From positions 51,761,455 through 51,825,454 of the forward strand of contig NC_068981.1 of the NCBI RefSeq assembly GCF_001194135.2: a stretch of DNA of 64,000 bases, read 5' to 3'. This DNA is from Octopus bimaculoides. Taxonomy: Eukaryota. Of the stretch, positions 27,240 through 40,829 are shown piece after piece. The position numbers and the translations under genes were made by a program. Each line of letters starts with the position of its first letter. Position 1 is the stretch's first letter. Under the pieces are notes generated by a model. It searched no databases. It saw only the letters and a program-made list of their open reading frames with translations, and was not told the origin of the DNA.

Positions 27240-28805
27240 TTCAAACTTGCAGAAAACATAAAACGAAGACAGGTGAGGGAGCAAAAAGCATAACACGAAG
27301 ACAGGTGTATAAGTTTGACGCTCAGAGAGAATTGAAAAGTCTTTCATGTTTCGAGCCTACGCTCTTTGACAGAAAGGGTTGAGAGGGAAAAAATGAAGAG
27401 AGAAAAATGTGTAGGTATTAACAGCTCAACGTAATGAAATGACCGGAAGAGAGACGCTGAGTGAAGGGGAGATAATAACGATTATTCGGCTGAACTAAGG
27501 TGCGCAAGCGCGTGTGTGTATGTAAGAGAATGGGGTCTGTGAGTGTGTATGTGCTAATGGGGCGAGTGCGTGTGAATGTATGCATGGGTGGACTTAAAAA
27601 TTATATAGACTAGTATGTGCATCTGGGAGCGTCTGGGAATATGTGCATAAGTAACTCAATGTGTGCATTATGTGGAGTATTGTGTATATTTATGTTCGAA
27701 AGTTTTATGTGTTTATGCGTGTTGCGTGCATGTACATTGTGTGTTTTTAGGAATGAATATTGCATGTTGTGGAGGAAGGCATGGAGGTCCGAGGGGGAAT
27801 AAGGGTGATGGGATTTAAGGATTGGGAGGTATTGGATGCTAGTGCGTGTGGAATGCTACTGTGTTAGTGTGTCTAATGGTGTGTTAGTGTGTCTAATGGT
27901 GTGTGGTGCGAGTTGAACAGTGTAAGTGGATGTTTGTGAAATTGTTTGGTGAGGGTACTGAGTTAGGCGGTGTACAGGTGTGTGTGGGGGTGTTAGGGGC
28001 CGTTAAAGGTCGGAGGTGTATGGGAGTATGTATGAGGTTGGTTTTAGATGTAGAGAGGTTGCGAATTAAGGCAAGGAAGAGCAAAGTAATGAAGAGAGAT
28101 CTCTGTATATAAGTTTGACATGGATCTTAGGTCTCTCAGTATTTTCTGCTGATTGTAGTGTTGGTCCTTTTCATAATATGTTGTCTTCTGATATGGATAG
28201 TACTGGAGTTATATACTATACCGTGTCCATTAAGACAACTGTACTCTTTTTATCAGCCTCTTTGATTGTTATTGTTTTGTCATCATTTACTTTGTTCAGC
28301 TCAGCCCATTCCTTTTTGCTGAAGTTTGGTTTTTGTTTTTGTTTGTGCATATGTTGATATGGGTAATTCAAGATGTGTTCACAGAAATGATCAAGAGTTT
28401 TGTTCTTACCTTTTGAGGAGGTGTAGTTACTTCTGTTTCGGATGAATGATTCATCCACGTTGTTTTTGTCGTATAGCTCCTCAGCGAGTCATAATTTGCT
28501 CCAGAATTCAGCGATGTCTTCTTTCATTTCGTAGTTGGGGCGTTGTGGGGTGGGTGTAAATTTGAGCCCTCTGGAGAGTATAATGATTTGGTTTGCTGTT
28601 AGTTCTTTGTGAGTTAGATTCATTGACAATTTTTATCACTTTTGGTTCCTCCTGTCTGTTTGGTGCTATCTCGTGTCTTTGTGTTTGTGTATTGGGTCTA
28701 GAAAATGAGTGCGGTGGATGGGAAGTTGGTAATTATTATGTGTGGTACGGGTTTGTTGTGAATGGTTGTTTAGTAGATTGTCGGAATGAAAATTTTTTTG
28801 GTAAC
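27238..28805 (-). mobile_element. Internally deleted Penelope-like element, inverted relative to the first
   Basis: NLTHKELTANQIIILSRGLKFTPTP..EDIAEFWSKL*LAEE, NFSKKEWAELNKVNDDKTITIKEADKKSTVVLMD (Penelope N-terminal/pre-RT motifs); the terminus is homologous to 27060..27198. Confidence 0.85.
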
Positions 28806-28829
28806 TCCTTATGGCGGGGAGGAGTTTGC

Positions 28830-28920
28830 AATGTCTTGCCCAAGTTGCTGCGCGCAGAGGGTTTGAACCCCAAGACTACATGTTTGGGAAGCGATATTCT
28901 TAACCACACAGTCTCGCTCT
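28830..28920 (-). mobile_element. SINE family A-like head fragment
   Basis: CTTGCCCAAG...TTTGAACCC...CTTAACCACACAGTC. Confidence 0.6.
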
Positions 28921-30170
28921 ATTTTCCAAATATATTTCAGACATTTCAATTATTAATAATAAATGCTGTTTGGAGTAGGTGTTTGCAATCTTAGCTCTAT
29001 TATGAAATATACAACAATGTACTTTCTGTGTCTTTCTAACACTAACACCTGCGTTTCTAAGCAAGCATTAAAGTTGAATGTTTGCATTACCCAGATGTCT
29101 CAATAGCTATTATTAATTTCTAAATGTATTTATAGAGGTATGCATAATTTGAAGTCATATCATCATATCATTATAGGATTATTAATAAACTAGCTAACGT
29201 ACCCGGTAGTATCCGGGAAAGCGGGGTTTATTGCTTGGTTCCATTTTCATAATTGTTTCGCTAATCCAATAACAACAGTACAAAGTATGTAGCCTTTAAA
29301 ATGTTTTTTGTGCATTTACAAAGAATACCAAACTGTCTTACACAGGATCTTGTTTTTAAGGATTCTCAATAAGTTATGAATACTCAAATTGTGAAATCAG
29401 TTATGTAATAACATGAAATTAGTTACCCGATAGTAAGAATTCAAATAAAGTAGCCCCGAAACTAGCTTTAATGCGTTCCCAGCGTATATAAAACATAGGA
29501 GGAAATATTAATAAGGTATGTATACTAAAATCGTGAGGCATGTTACATAATAACAGGCTAATCAGATATGAGATAATAACAATTCAAAGTAAATAACTCA
29601 GAAAAAGTCTCGTGTGCGTTCCCAGAGAATATTACTCTCATCGGCGCTAGTGTTAGTATATTCGTGAATAAGTCACTAACCGAAATAAGTGGATCTATTG
29701 TTTAGGAAAATACTATTTACTTGTTTAAGTGTTGTACTGGATAAATTGCGAAAATAACAGTTCAAATACTAAGAAATAAGCATACGCAATTGGATTTATA
29801 CCAAATGATATAGGAAAATTAATGGGTTATTTCTTTTGGCTGTTGAAATATAGGCTAATGGGTTATTTCGCTTGGATGTTAAAATGAAATATATTAGATA
29901 TATATAAGGACCCCATCCAAGGGCACTAATATCGATTTTTCTCAACAATCTGAGTATAGCATGAGGTTTCCAGATGAGTTCTACTTACAAAATCGGTAAA
30001 ACGATGTAGGAGGAGTTAGCTGACAACTTCACAAACACACCCACAGACAGAATTTCACACATATGTAGTAGACATTTCTGAAAATGTATATATGAAAAAT
30101 GTAGTACGGTTATGTTAGCAAATAAGAACATATGTGCAATGATACAACGTGGTATATANNNNNNNNNNNN

Positions 30171-30208
<38 letters not shown>

Positions 30209-31932
30209 ACACATACATACCCATGTAAGCATTCATGCCTTTTGATTGAATATTCTCATAATTTAGTAGATAGATAGATAGAGAGAGAGAGACAGAGAGA
30301 GAGAGACAGAGAGACAGAAGAATAGATAAATAGATATAAACATAAATTCGAATTGATACGTATATATATATTCGTACATACACATATGTGTATATATATG
30401 TGCGTATTAGTGTGTGTGTGTGTGTGTGCGTGTGCGTGTGTATGTGTGTGTGTGTGTGTGTTTGTGAGCGAGTACTTACATTTTTAAATATAAATCAAAA
30501 CAAAGAAAACAAAGAAAACGAACAAAATTAGGTATTTTGAACATCATGTTTGGAAATATGGAAAAGGTTTTTTCGAAAAATTAATCACGCTTTCTTTCGT
30601 TAGGGTTTAGGCTAAATACGTTTCACGAATGTCTGGAATGGATGTGAAAGATGACTGAATCATTCAAACCCACGCTACATAATATATATTATCTTTGCCA
30701 TTATATTTTTCAATAATAATAGTCATTATTTTTTCTTTGTATAATTGAGAAAAGTAATTTCGTGGTCTAAACTTTTTTTTTTTTCAACATCGGCAAAATT
30801 TCAATTAGAAATCTTCATATTTATTTCCCCCTTGAAAATTCTCACTTCACGTTCTATTCGATTGTCAATAATCTGTATATATCGCACTCATTTCGTGACT
30901 GTTACTGAATAACGGCTGTCTACAAACTTAATTACCGAAATAATAAAGGATACATAAAACATTATGTATCATAAACATAGCGATAAATAAGCTTTATTAC
31001 TATAAAATTCGTGTACGATCGAAATGTGTTATGAGTACATTTTGAATACTGGAGACTTACAATAGTACACAATACTTTAACAACAGCATCACGTCTTAAA
31101 TTCCAAAATCTGTGTGTATATATGCATGTGTGTATGAATCCATATGTCAATATATATGTATATGTATGTAATGCGTGTATACATACTCATATGTATATAT
31201 GCATGTATATATATATGTATATATATATCTATATATATGTTTATACTATATATATATATACATATACGCACACACATATATATACATATATACACATATA
31301 TATGAATATATATACATACATATATATATATATATATACATACATATATACATATATATGAATATATATATATATATATATATATATAAACATATATACA
31401 TATATATATATATTTATATTATGTGTGTGTATACATATATATATTTTTTTTTTTATAATGTACTATAGAATATATAAATTGCTTTTTTTTTTGTTTTGTT
31501 TCTAGCTTAAACAAAAAGGAACTAGACATCCTCCTCTCCAACAGCACTGGTCAACATGAGGTACAGACGAAAGCAACGGGATCTAACTCCTTATACATCA
31601 AAGGGGCCAACAGCTGGGACAGAGGCACATACAGGAGTGGTGATGTGAAACACCCCAAGCTGAGGAAATTAGCTAGACCATGGTGGTGCTCCAACATGAC
31701 CGCAACTGCATGGCTGAATCGAGTAAAAGAGTAAAAGAGTAATTAAGAGTTATTCAAATCTGCTCACTGGATTCGAAACATACAGCCAATACTTCCCTCC
31801 TTCGGTTTTTGCCTATGCGCGTGTTCGTCGTATTACACAGTGTTTGAATTTTAAAAAGAACTAGTTTTTAGTACATTACCGTATTGGAACAAAATGCTGT
31901 TAACTTGATGTGTGTGTGTGTGCGTTTGTGTC

Positions 31933-31970
<38 letters not shown>

Positions 31971-32261
31971 TATGTGTCTGTGTGTTTGTGCATGCGCGCG
32001 TATGTGTGCGTATGCACGCGCGCGCGCGCGTGTGTGTGTGTGTGTGAAGTTAAATACCAGTCATATCGTCGACATCACACTGAGACAAGGGTGAAAAAGC
32101 CGAAAGTTTAACAATGTCTGTTGTCCTCTCCAGATCCACATAAAACCATTTAACGAAAGCATGATCCTTGTTACGAATTGTTACACGTACATACATGCAC
32201 ACACACACACACAGACACACACACACACACAGACACACACACACACACACATCTATACATG

Positions 32262-32307
<46 letters not shown>

Positions 32308-33335
32308 TAGACAGATAGATAGATAGATAGATAGATACGTTAAGTATGACTCACAAATGAGGTTTATCTTCACACGTATATCTGACTCCCTAATATTTAT
32401 AGAAAACAAATCGTTTTTATATATCTTTTGGGGGTTTTAATGTATAGTGTGCAGATGGAGTCGCATATCTTATTCAATTACTCATTATCTACTTTCTTTT
32501 AGCAATACTTATATCGTTCATTCTTTCCCCCAATAACAGTACACACTTCGCAGCTATATATTCCATCACATTGAAACATAATTCTCTAGACAATTCTTCG
32601 AAAACTCTAACTCCCTCTTTATTTTGGATAAATGGTAACGAACACCGCACAGATGTTTCATGTGGTAGACTTGATAATTATCAACGGCTTTCCTAACATG
32701 AAACGAATGGTAGACTTAATCCACAAATAAAGCATACACACAAGCACACACAAACACACACAAACACACACACACACACACGCACACATATACGTAGTCA
32801 ATTAAAAACATCACAGAGAAAAAGAAAACGAAAAATACAAAGTACGTGGCACAAGCAATGTATTAATAAGACGGTCAGAGAAGGAGAAGTGTAGCAGTTT
32901 TATGTTTTGAGCATAGCTCTTCTACAGAAACAAGGAAAAACAGGAAAATCCAACAATCACGTGCGGCTATATTTTTTAAGTATATATATATATATATNNN
33001 NNNNNNNNNNNNNNNNNNNNNNNNNNNNNNNNNNNNNNNNNNNNNNNNNNNNNNNNNNNNNNNNNNNNNNNNNNNNNNNNNNNNNNNNNNNNNNNNNNNN
33101 NNNNNNNNNNNNNNNNNNNNNNNNNNNNNNNNNNNNNNNNNNNNNNNNNNNNNNNNNNNNNNNNNNNNNNNNNNNNNNNNNNNNNNNNNNNNNNNNNNNN
33201 NNNNNNNNNNNNNNNNNNNNNNNNNNNNNNNNNNNNNNNNNNNNNNNNNNNNNNNNNNNNNNNNNNNNNNNNNNNNNNNNNNNNNNNNNNNNNNNNNNNN
33301 NNNNNNNNNNNNNNNNNNNNNNNNNNNNNNNNNNN

Positions 33336-33670
33336 AGTAGCTTGCTTACCACCCACATGGTTCTGGGTTCAGTCCCACTGCGTGGCACCTTGGGCAAGTG
33401 TCTTCTACTATAGCCTCTGGCCGACCAAAGCCTTGTGAGTGGATTTGGTAGACGGAAACTGAAAGAAGTCCGTCGTATATATGTATATGTATGTGTGTGT
33501 TTGTGTGTCTGTGTTTTGTCTCCCAACATCACTTGACAACCGATGCTGGTGTGTTTACGTCCCCGTAACTTAGCGGTTCGGCAAAAGGGACCGATAGAAT
33601 AAGTACTAGGCCTCCAAAGAATGAACATGGCCGCAGTCAAATGACTGAAACAAGTAAGAGAGTAAAAGAG
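33336..33670 (+). mobile_element. SINE family A (small deletion in the 3' part)
   Basis: Head, core and tail as in the other copies; flanked by gaps and TA tracts. Confidence 0.9.
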
Positions 33671-34953
33671 TATATATATATATATATNNNNNNNNNNNNN
33701 NNNNNNNNNNNNNNNNNNNNNNNNNNNNNNNNNNNNNNNNNNNNNNNNNNNNNNNNNNNNNNNNNNNNNNNNNNNNNNNNNNNNNNNNNNNNNNNNNNNN
33801 NNNNNNNNNNNNNNNNNNNNNNNNNNNNNNNNNNNNNNNNNNNNNNNNNNNNNNNNNNNNNNNNNNNNNNNNNNNNNNNNNNNNNNNNNNNNNNNNNNNN
33901 NNNNNNNNNNNNNNNNNNNNNNNNNNNNNNNNNNNNNNNNNNNNNNNNNNNNNNNNNNNNNNNNNNNNNNNNNNNNNNNNNNNNNNNNNNNNNNNNNNNN
34001 NNNNNNNNNNNNNNNNNNNNNNNNNNNNNNNNNNNNNNNNNNNNNNNNNNNNNNNNNNNNNNNNNNNNNNNNNNNNNNNNNNNNNNNNNNNNNNNNNNNN
34101 NNNNNNNNNNNNNNNNNNNNNNNNNNNNNNNNNNNNNNNNNNNNNNNNNNNNNNNNNNNNNNNNNNNNNNNNNNNNNNNNNNNNNNNNNNNNNNNNNNNN
34201 NNNNNNNNNNNNNNNNNNNNNNNNNNNNNNNNNNNNNNNNNNNNNNNNNNNNNNNNNNNNNNNNNNNNNNNNNNNNNNNNNNNNNNNNNNNNNNNNNNNN
34301 NNNNNNNNNNNNNNNNNNNNNNNNNNNNNNNNNNNNNNNNNNNNNNNNNNNNNNNNNNNNNNNNNNNNNNNNNNNNNNNNNNNNNNNNNNNNNNNNNNNN
34401 NNNNNNNNNNNNNNNNNNNNNNNNNNNNNNNNNNNNNNNNNNNNNNNNNNNNNNNNNNNNNNNNNNNNNNNNNNNNNNNNNNNNNNNGTATATAGAGGAA
34501 TATATTATTTTGTTTAAAAGAGTTCCAACACTGTCTGTTTTTTATGTTTTATTTATATTCCTGCAGAACCAATGTGGGATATAGAATATGGAATATACAA
34601 TATATAATATAATATACAATATATAATATGAAATAAAATAAAAATGGATGGCACCATGAAATAAAGTATTGAATGTAGATGAAATATTGAGTGTTCAATA
34701 TAAAGGATCAAATATATAAATATAAATATATATATATAAAGGCGACTCGAGTTTCAGGGTTATTTCCCTTCGCCATGGCCCGTATGACAGACTTGCATGT
34801 GCGTGACTGCGCCGGTGTTTGTTCTTCACCATCGCTTTACAACCGTTGTTGGTGGTGGGTTTAGTCTACTTTCACGTAATTTTGTAGTTCGGCCGGAAAT
34901 ATGTTTGTATATTTACACACATACACACAGACACACAGACACACACACAGACA

Positions 34954-35008
<55 letters not shown>

Positions 35009-36183
35009 GCATACACACATGCAAGGAATCGAAAAGATCTTCACAAATTAACCTAGAAGCACCTCGGCATATTTCTCACTAAACATATTAATTCCGACAG
35101 AACAGTATTCCCGGTTATTTAACTGATCAGTTAACTATTTGCTCGCTGGTCCCGGGAGTCCTGCGAATCTATGTTCGTATCGAAGTTATTATCGGTATAT
35201 TCAGAAAACAAAACGTCATTGTTTACTATGTACATATTTGTGTGTACCTATGTGTATCTGAATGTGTGTGTGTGCAGCATGGCCGACTGAATTCATCACT
35301 AGTAAGTACTAACACTGTCGCTGTGCGTGTAAGTAACGTTAATTCTTCAGGTCACCATATTTGATTCGAAAATAATAGCTGAAATGACTGTCGGAGCACT
35401 TAAGCAAGGAGATAGTTACATGTTCCCGGTGTTTATAATAATATTCTACCTCGTGATGCTGGTTTCTCTTTCGTCCGTCGCTACTGCTATGCTAATCTAT
35501 GTATTTGTTAATGTCTATGCATATACATATATGTATATGCACGTGTGTGCACGAGCGAACGATCATACATATATGCTATATATACATACATATATATATA
35601 TATATGTGAGTGTGTGTGTGCGAGTGCGTGTATACACATATTTATGCATATATATATATATATATGCATTTATACGTATGTATGTATGTACGTATGTATG
35701 TATATATATATGTATGTACGTATGTATGTAGTGTGAAAGATTCTCTTGCAGTTCTGTTTCTTAGACTGAGTTCTGAAGTTGCAGCGTTCCAGGATTTATT
35801 GCCTATTTTGGAGTTGAGAATGTATTAAAATATTAATTTTCAGGCAATAACCTCCCTTGAAATATTATGGTCAATACTACTCAATTTACAGTGAACAGAA
35901 GCTTTTACTCCTACCGCCGATTTGGTAAATATAGAGAGCAATATTATTAATGTATTGTTAAGGAGAACCTTATATGATATTCTCTGTTGGAAATATTTCA
36001 ATGTTTGCGCGACCCATAGATATTTGTTTAGATGTATATATTTATATTCGTTATTACCTTTTGCTTTCTCTCTACTAACAATAGTACGTGATAGATATGT
36101 GTATTTGTGTGACAGTGTGTACCTGACATTTTGGGCGTATAACATATAATTATATATGAATATATATGCATATATAGATATGC

Positions 36184-36245
<62 letters not shown>

Positions 36246-36554
36246 GAATGTGTGTGTGCGTGTATGTGTGTATGCATGTGTATGCGTGTGTTTCTGCATA
36301 CATAAATGTATCTCACTTTATCATTTTTTCTGCACACATAGAGTCACATGTATAAACACAACCCCTATATTTTGTAATATGTGAGAGTGTTGATGTATAC
36401 GTGTATGCTTCACGTAGTGCATGGATGTCTGGTTGTGCGCATTGATGTATAGCTATTAAATATATGTGTGTGTTCGTGTGTGTGTCCGTGTGTGTGTCTG
36501 TGACTGTGTGTGTGTGATTGTGTGTGTGTGTGTGTGTGCGATTGTGTGTGTGTG

Positions 36555-36597
<43 letters not shown>

Positions 36598-37012
36598 ATC
36601 AATAGACATTTTTATGAAGTACTGTTTGAAATAGGGCCAACACTAAGAAGAATAAATAAATATATTAGATCAGGTGATTCAATTGTCTAAGAAAACTAAC
36701 TGCTAAATTATCTTATCGCCGCTTATGAGTGCCAGAATATAAAATGGAGTTGCCGACATGACTGCTGGAGAGCTTTCTCTAATCAACAGTTACGGTGCGA
36801 TTCTTATATTAGGTTACGGTAAAGAAGATGTATCATATATATATATATATAGTATTGTATTGTATTGCCGTCTGAAAGGAATGATCTGGACAAAGTTAGC
36901 CAACAAAGTACTTGCAAATTACCTTTATTCTCAAAACTTATTCAATATCTGTCTTTTATCTCTGACACTCATAACGGTTATAATACCATTCTGTGCACAT
37001 AGCCACTCTCGA

Positions 37013-37044
<32 letters not shown>

Positions 37045-37439
37045 CTCTCTGTGTCACATGATAAGATATATGTATAAATTCACCCTTTCTTTAAATAAGC
37101 GTTCGCCAATATGAACCTCACAATGGCCATTGTGGGCATATGTGTAGGACTATATTATCTATATGTCCTTTCGTTTCCCAACAGAAAAGGGCATAATTTT
37201 ATAGAGAGTTTGTTGTTATGCCTAACATGTAAGTTTGTGCAAATTCACTCTACTTAGATACAGAGGTCCATATAATTTTCTTAAGGGTTTGACCTTCCGC
37301 CTAAGCTACAAATCATTATTTGCCGAAAGAATGCTGAATTAGTAGAATCAGTAGATTTGCGGATAAATTTCGTAACGTGGTATCTTGAATTCAAACCTCG
37401 CCGGAGAAGAGTTTGACTTTTATCATTTCAGTCTAAATC

Positions 37440-37620
37440 TGGCAGAATCGTTAGTACGTTAGATGGAATGCTTAGCAGTATTTCCGCCAAGGTACACTTT
37501 GCTTTTCATTCTTTCGGGATCGGTAAAGGAAGTCCCAGTGCAACACTGGAGTCGATGTATTCGACCAGTCCCCTCTCCACAAATTTATGGCCTTGTACCT
37601 ATAGTAGAAAGGATTATTTC
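37440..37620 (+). mobile_element. tRNA-related SINE, family B
   Basis: TGGCAGAATCGTTAG...AATGCTTAGC...CTTTTCATTCTTTCGGG...GTCGATGTA...CCTTGTACCTATAGTAGAAAGGATTATT; related copies at 47.7, 55.8, 56.5 and 58.1 kb. Confidence 0.7.
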
Positions 37621-37997
37621 AGTCTAAATAAAATAGATACAAATCAAAAACTGGATTCGATTTACTTAACTATTCCAAATCTGTAATGTTATGGCTATCT
37701 CAGAAGCCATTTTATGAAATAAATAAAAAAAAGTTTGATGCTTATCAAATTCTTATGGAAAGATATCTAAACAGCTGTTCAAGAAATTACTGCTATTACC
37801 ATATTTATGAATGATATGATTGATCTTGAAGATGGAGAGCATTTCTTGACAACCACTGTAACTTAAAGTAATCGTAGTCTATACTTCGAACAATAGTTAT
37901 TTACAGTCACCGAACGTAGCAATAATATGGTCCCAGTTCTTCAAATATAATTATAGATAATTTGAAGTAAGGGAATTACCTTTCACCATTTATTTGT

Positions 37998-38229
37998 CTC
38001 AATTATTAGACTGCGGTTATGCTGGGGCACCGCCTTCAAGAATTTCAGTCGAACGAATCAGCCCCAGTACTTATATATACTTTTATTTATTTATCTTTTT
38101 TTTTTCCAAAGCCTGGTACTTACTTTATTGGTCTCATACCGAACCGTTAAGTTACGGGAGCGTAAACACACTAACACCGGTTGTCAAGTGGTGTTGGGGG
38201 ACAAATACAGATACACACACACACGCAAG

Positions 38230-38260
<31 letters not shown>

Positions 38261-38635
38261 GTATATATATATATGTATGTGTGTGTATGTATATATATAT
38301 ACATATATATACATATATANNNNNNNNNNNNNNNNNNNNNNNNNNNNNNNNNNNNNNNNNNNNNNNNNNNNNNNNNNNNNNNNNNNNNNNNNNNNNNNNN
38401 NNNNNNNNNNNNNNNNNNNNNNNNNNNNNNNNNNNNNNNNNNNNNNNNNNNNNNNNNNNNNNNNNNNNNNNNNNNNNNNNNNNNNNNNNNNNNNNNNNNN
38501 NNNNNNNNNNNNNNNNNNNNNNNNNNNNNNNNNNNNNNNNNNNNNNNNNNNNNNNNNNNNNNNNNNNNNNNNNNNNNNNNNNNNNNNNNNNNNNNNNNNN
38601 NNNNNNNNNNNNNNNNNNNNNNNNNNNNNNNNNNN

Positions 38636-38669
<34 letters not shown>

Positions 38670-38829
38670 GCATACACACACACACACAACGGGCTTCCTC
38701 CAGCCTTCGCTCACCAAATCCAGTTTCGTCGGCCCGAGGCTATAGTAGAACACACTTGCCCATGGTGCCACGCAGTAGGACTGAATCCAGAACCATGTTG
38801 TTGGGAAGTAAACTTCTAACCTCACAGCC
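37998..38829 (-). mobile_element. SINE family A with its internal microsatellite expanded across an assembly gap
   Basis: 3' part at 38000..38210, head and core at 38690..38829. Confidence 0.8.
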
Positions 38830-39202
38830 ATGCCTGCGCCGGCGAATTAATTTTGAGTGTGGGAGGGGGTATAGTATCGAAATGTGTTGATGACTACACT
38901 TAAGTTATATCAGTAACAGTAGCAGTATGTTATTTCTATTGAAAATAATTTTGTTCGACAACAAATATAGATTGGTCTGTTATCTGATAATTAGTTCTTT
39001 GTTCAAATTACTTTTATCTAACATGTTCAAAAACATATTTACGCGCAAATAATTTACACAAATTCACGTATACACACTCGTACGCTTATTTTTCAACATA
39101 TACACACACAGATACACACATATATACATATGAAAATATAGGTATATACACAAGAATTCATTTGTGTGTGTGTATGTATAAAAATTTATATATATATATA
39201 TA

Positions 39203-39362
39203 TGACTGTGTGATAAGAAGCTTGCTTCCCGATCACATGTTCCTGACTTCAGTCCGACGCAGTGGGACTGCATGGCACCTTGGGCAAGTGTCTTCTACTA
39301 TAGCCTCGAGCCAACCAATGCTTTGTGACTGGATTTAGTAGGAGCAAACTGAAAGTAGCCCG

Positions 39363-39413
<51 letters not shown>

Positions 39414-39630
39414 TGTGTATGTGTGTGTCTATATGTCTGTGTTTGTCTCCCCATCACCGCTTGACAACCTGTATTGTGTTTAAGCTTCTGTAATTTAGGG
39501 GTTCGACAAAAGAGACCGATAGAATAAGTACTAGACTCAAAAAGTAAGTTCTGGGATCGATTTGTTTGACTAAAACCCTTCAAGGTGATGCTCCATCATG
39601 GCCACAGTCAAATGACTGAAACAAGTATAA
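39203..39630 (+). mobile_element. SINE family A, diverged full-length copy
   Basis: Head, core, (TA)n and tail ...GTCAAATGACTGAAACAAGTA. Confidence 0.85.
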
Positions 39631-39691
39631 ATCTCTGAGCGAGAAATAAGTAGTAACAGTACTACAGGGTAAGGTCTAGTTGCCAACGTAA

Positions 39692-40035
39692 AGTGACAGT
39701 CCTTGTAAGGACGATGTTACTACCTTTTTTAGTACCAAGAAAACATCTTTTCCAGTTGGCTATCGACGAACAACTGCGTCCTTACACCTCAAAGAATGGA
39801 GGGAATTTCCCCACTCAGCCTTAAACGGTACCAGCGAACAAATGGTTTCTAGGTTTTTTCCCTTCATCGGCACCAGAAACCATTGGTCCGCACGTACCGT
39901 TTAAGACTGTATGGGGACATTAGCTTATTTGTTCGAGGTATTAAGAACGCAGTTGTGCGTCGATAGCGAGCTCGAAAAGATGTTTTCCTGGCGCTAAAAA
40001 AAGGTAGTAACATCGTCCTAACCAGGACTACCACT
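39692..40035. mobile_element. Foldback/MITE-like element made almost entirely of two inverted arms
   Basis: AGGACGATGTTACTACCTTTTT..GAAAACATCTTTTC..GCTATCGACG..CAACTGCGT..CTTAAACGGTAC..AATGGTTTCT pairs with its reverse complement on the right; loop about 20 nt; TA next to both ends. Confidence 0.8.
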
Positions 40036-40448
40036 ATATGCTAGCAAATAGACTTTACTATATATATATATATATATATATATATNNNNNNNNNNNNNNN
40101 NNNNNNNNNNNNNNNNNNNNNNNNNNNNNNNNNNNNNNNNNNNNNNNNNNNNNNNNNNNNNNNNNNNNNNNNNNNNNNNNNNNNNNNNNNNNNNNNNNNN
40201 NNNNNNNNNNNNNNNNNNNNNNNNNNNNNNNNNNNNNNNNNNNNNNNNNNNNNNNNNNNNNNNNNNNNNNNNNNNNNNNNNNNNNNNNNNNNNNNNNNNN
40301 NNNNNNNNNNNNNNNNNNNNNNNNNNNNNNNNNNNNNNNNNNNNNNNNNNNNNNNNNNNNNNNNNNNNNNNNNNNNNNNNNNNNNNNNNNNNNNNNNNNN
40401 NNNNNNNNNNNNNNNNNNNNNNNNNNNNNNNNNNNNNNNNNNNNNNNN

Positions 40449-40482
<34 letters not shown>

Positions 40483-40486
40483 CATA

Positions 40487-40810
40487 CAAATGATTCTTTT
40501 AGCAACATCGTGCCGCATACGGAGGTAATGCGAAGATATTTTAGGACAGCTGTTAATCACATGCGTAATGTCTTCCACAAAAACATGACATAGCCTACAC
40601 ATGCGGTTGCACCTTGGATTTACAAGAGCGTCACTATCTCTCTTGTTCTCCAGGTACTTTGTAGCAATCTCCTGTTTCTTGATTGCAAGCACATATCCTT
40701 CAAAGTGTGTTCTGACGTAGTGGTCCTATGTCCAAGAGAGGCTGCGCTTCGTGTTAATTCTACTGTCTTCTTCAAGCTTCCGGACAACATACCCATGCAT
40801 GGTCTTTTTT
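40487..40810 (-). mobile_element. R4/Dong-clade fragment (CCHC region)
   Basis: MHGYVVRKLEED..SLSWT..HFEGYVLAIKKQEIATKYL..CRLCHVFVEDITHVINSCPKIS..RHD. Confidence 0.8.
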
Positions 40811-40829
40811 TATTTGTATGCTTTTTATT

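Noticed and set aside
35384-35530. Hydrophobic ORF start MFPVFIIIFYLVMLVSLSSVATA
   Set aside because: T-rich DNA readily encodes hydrophobic runs; it leads into a microsatellite with no convincing donor site.
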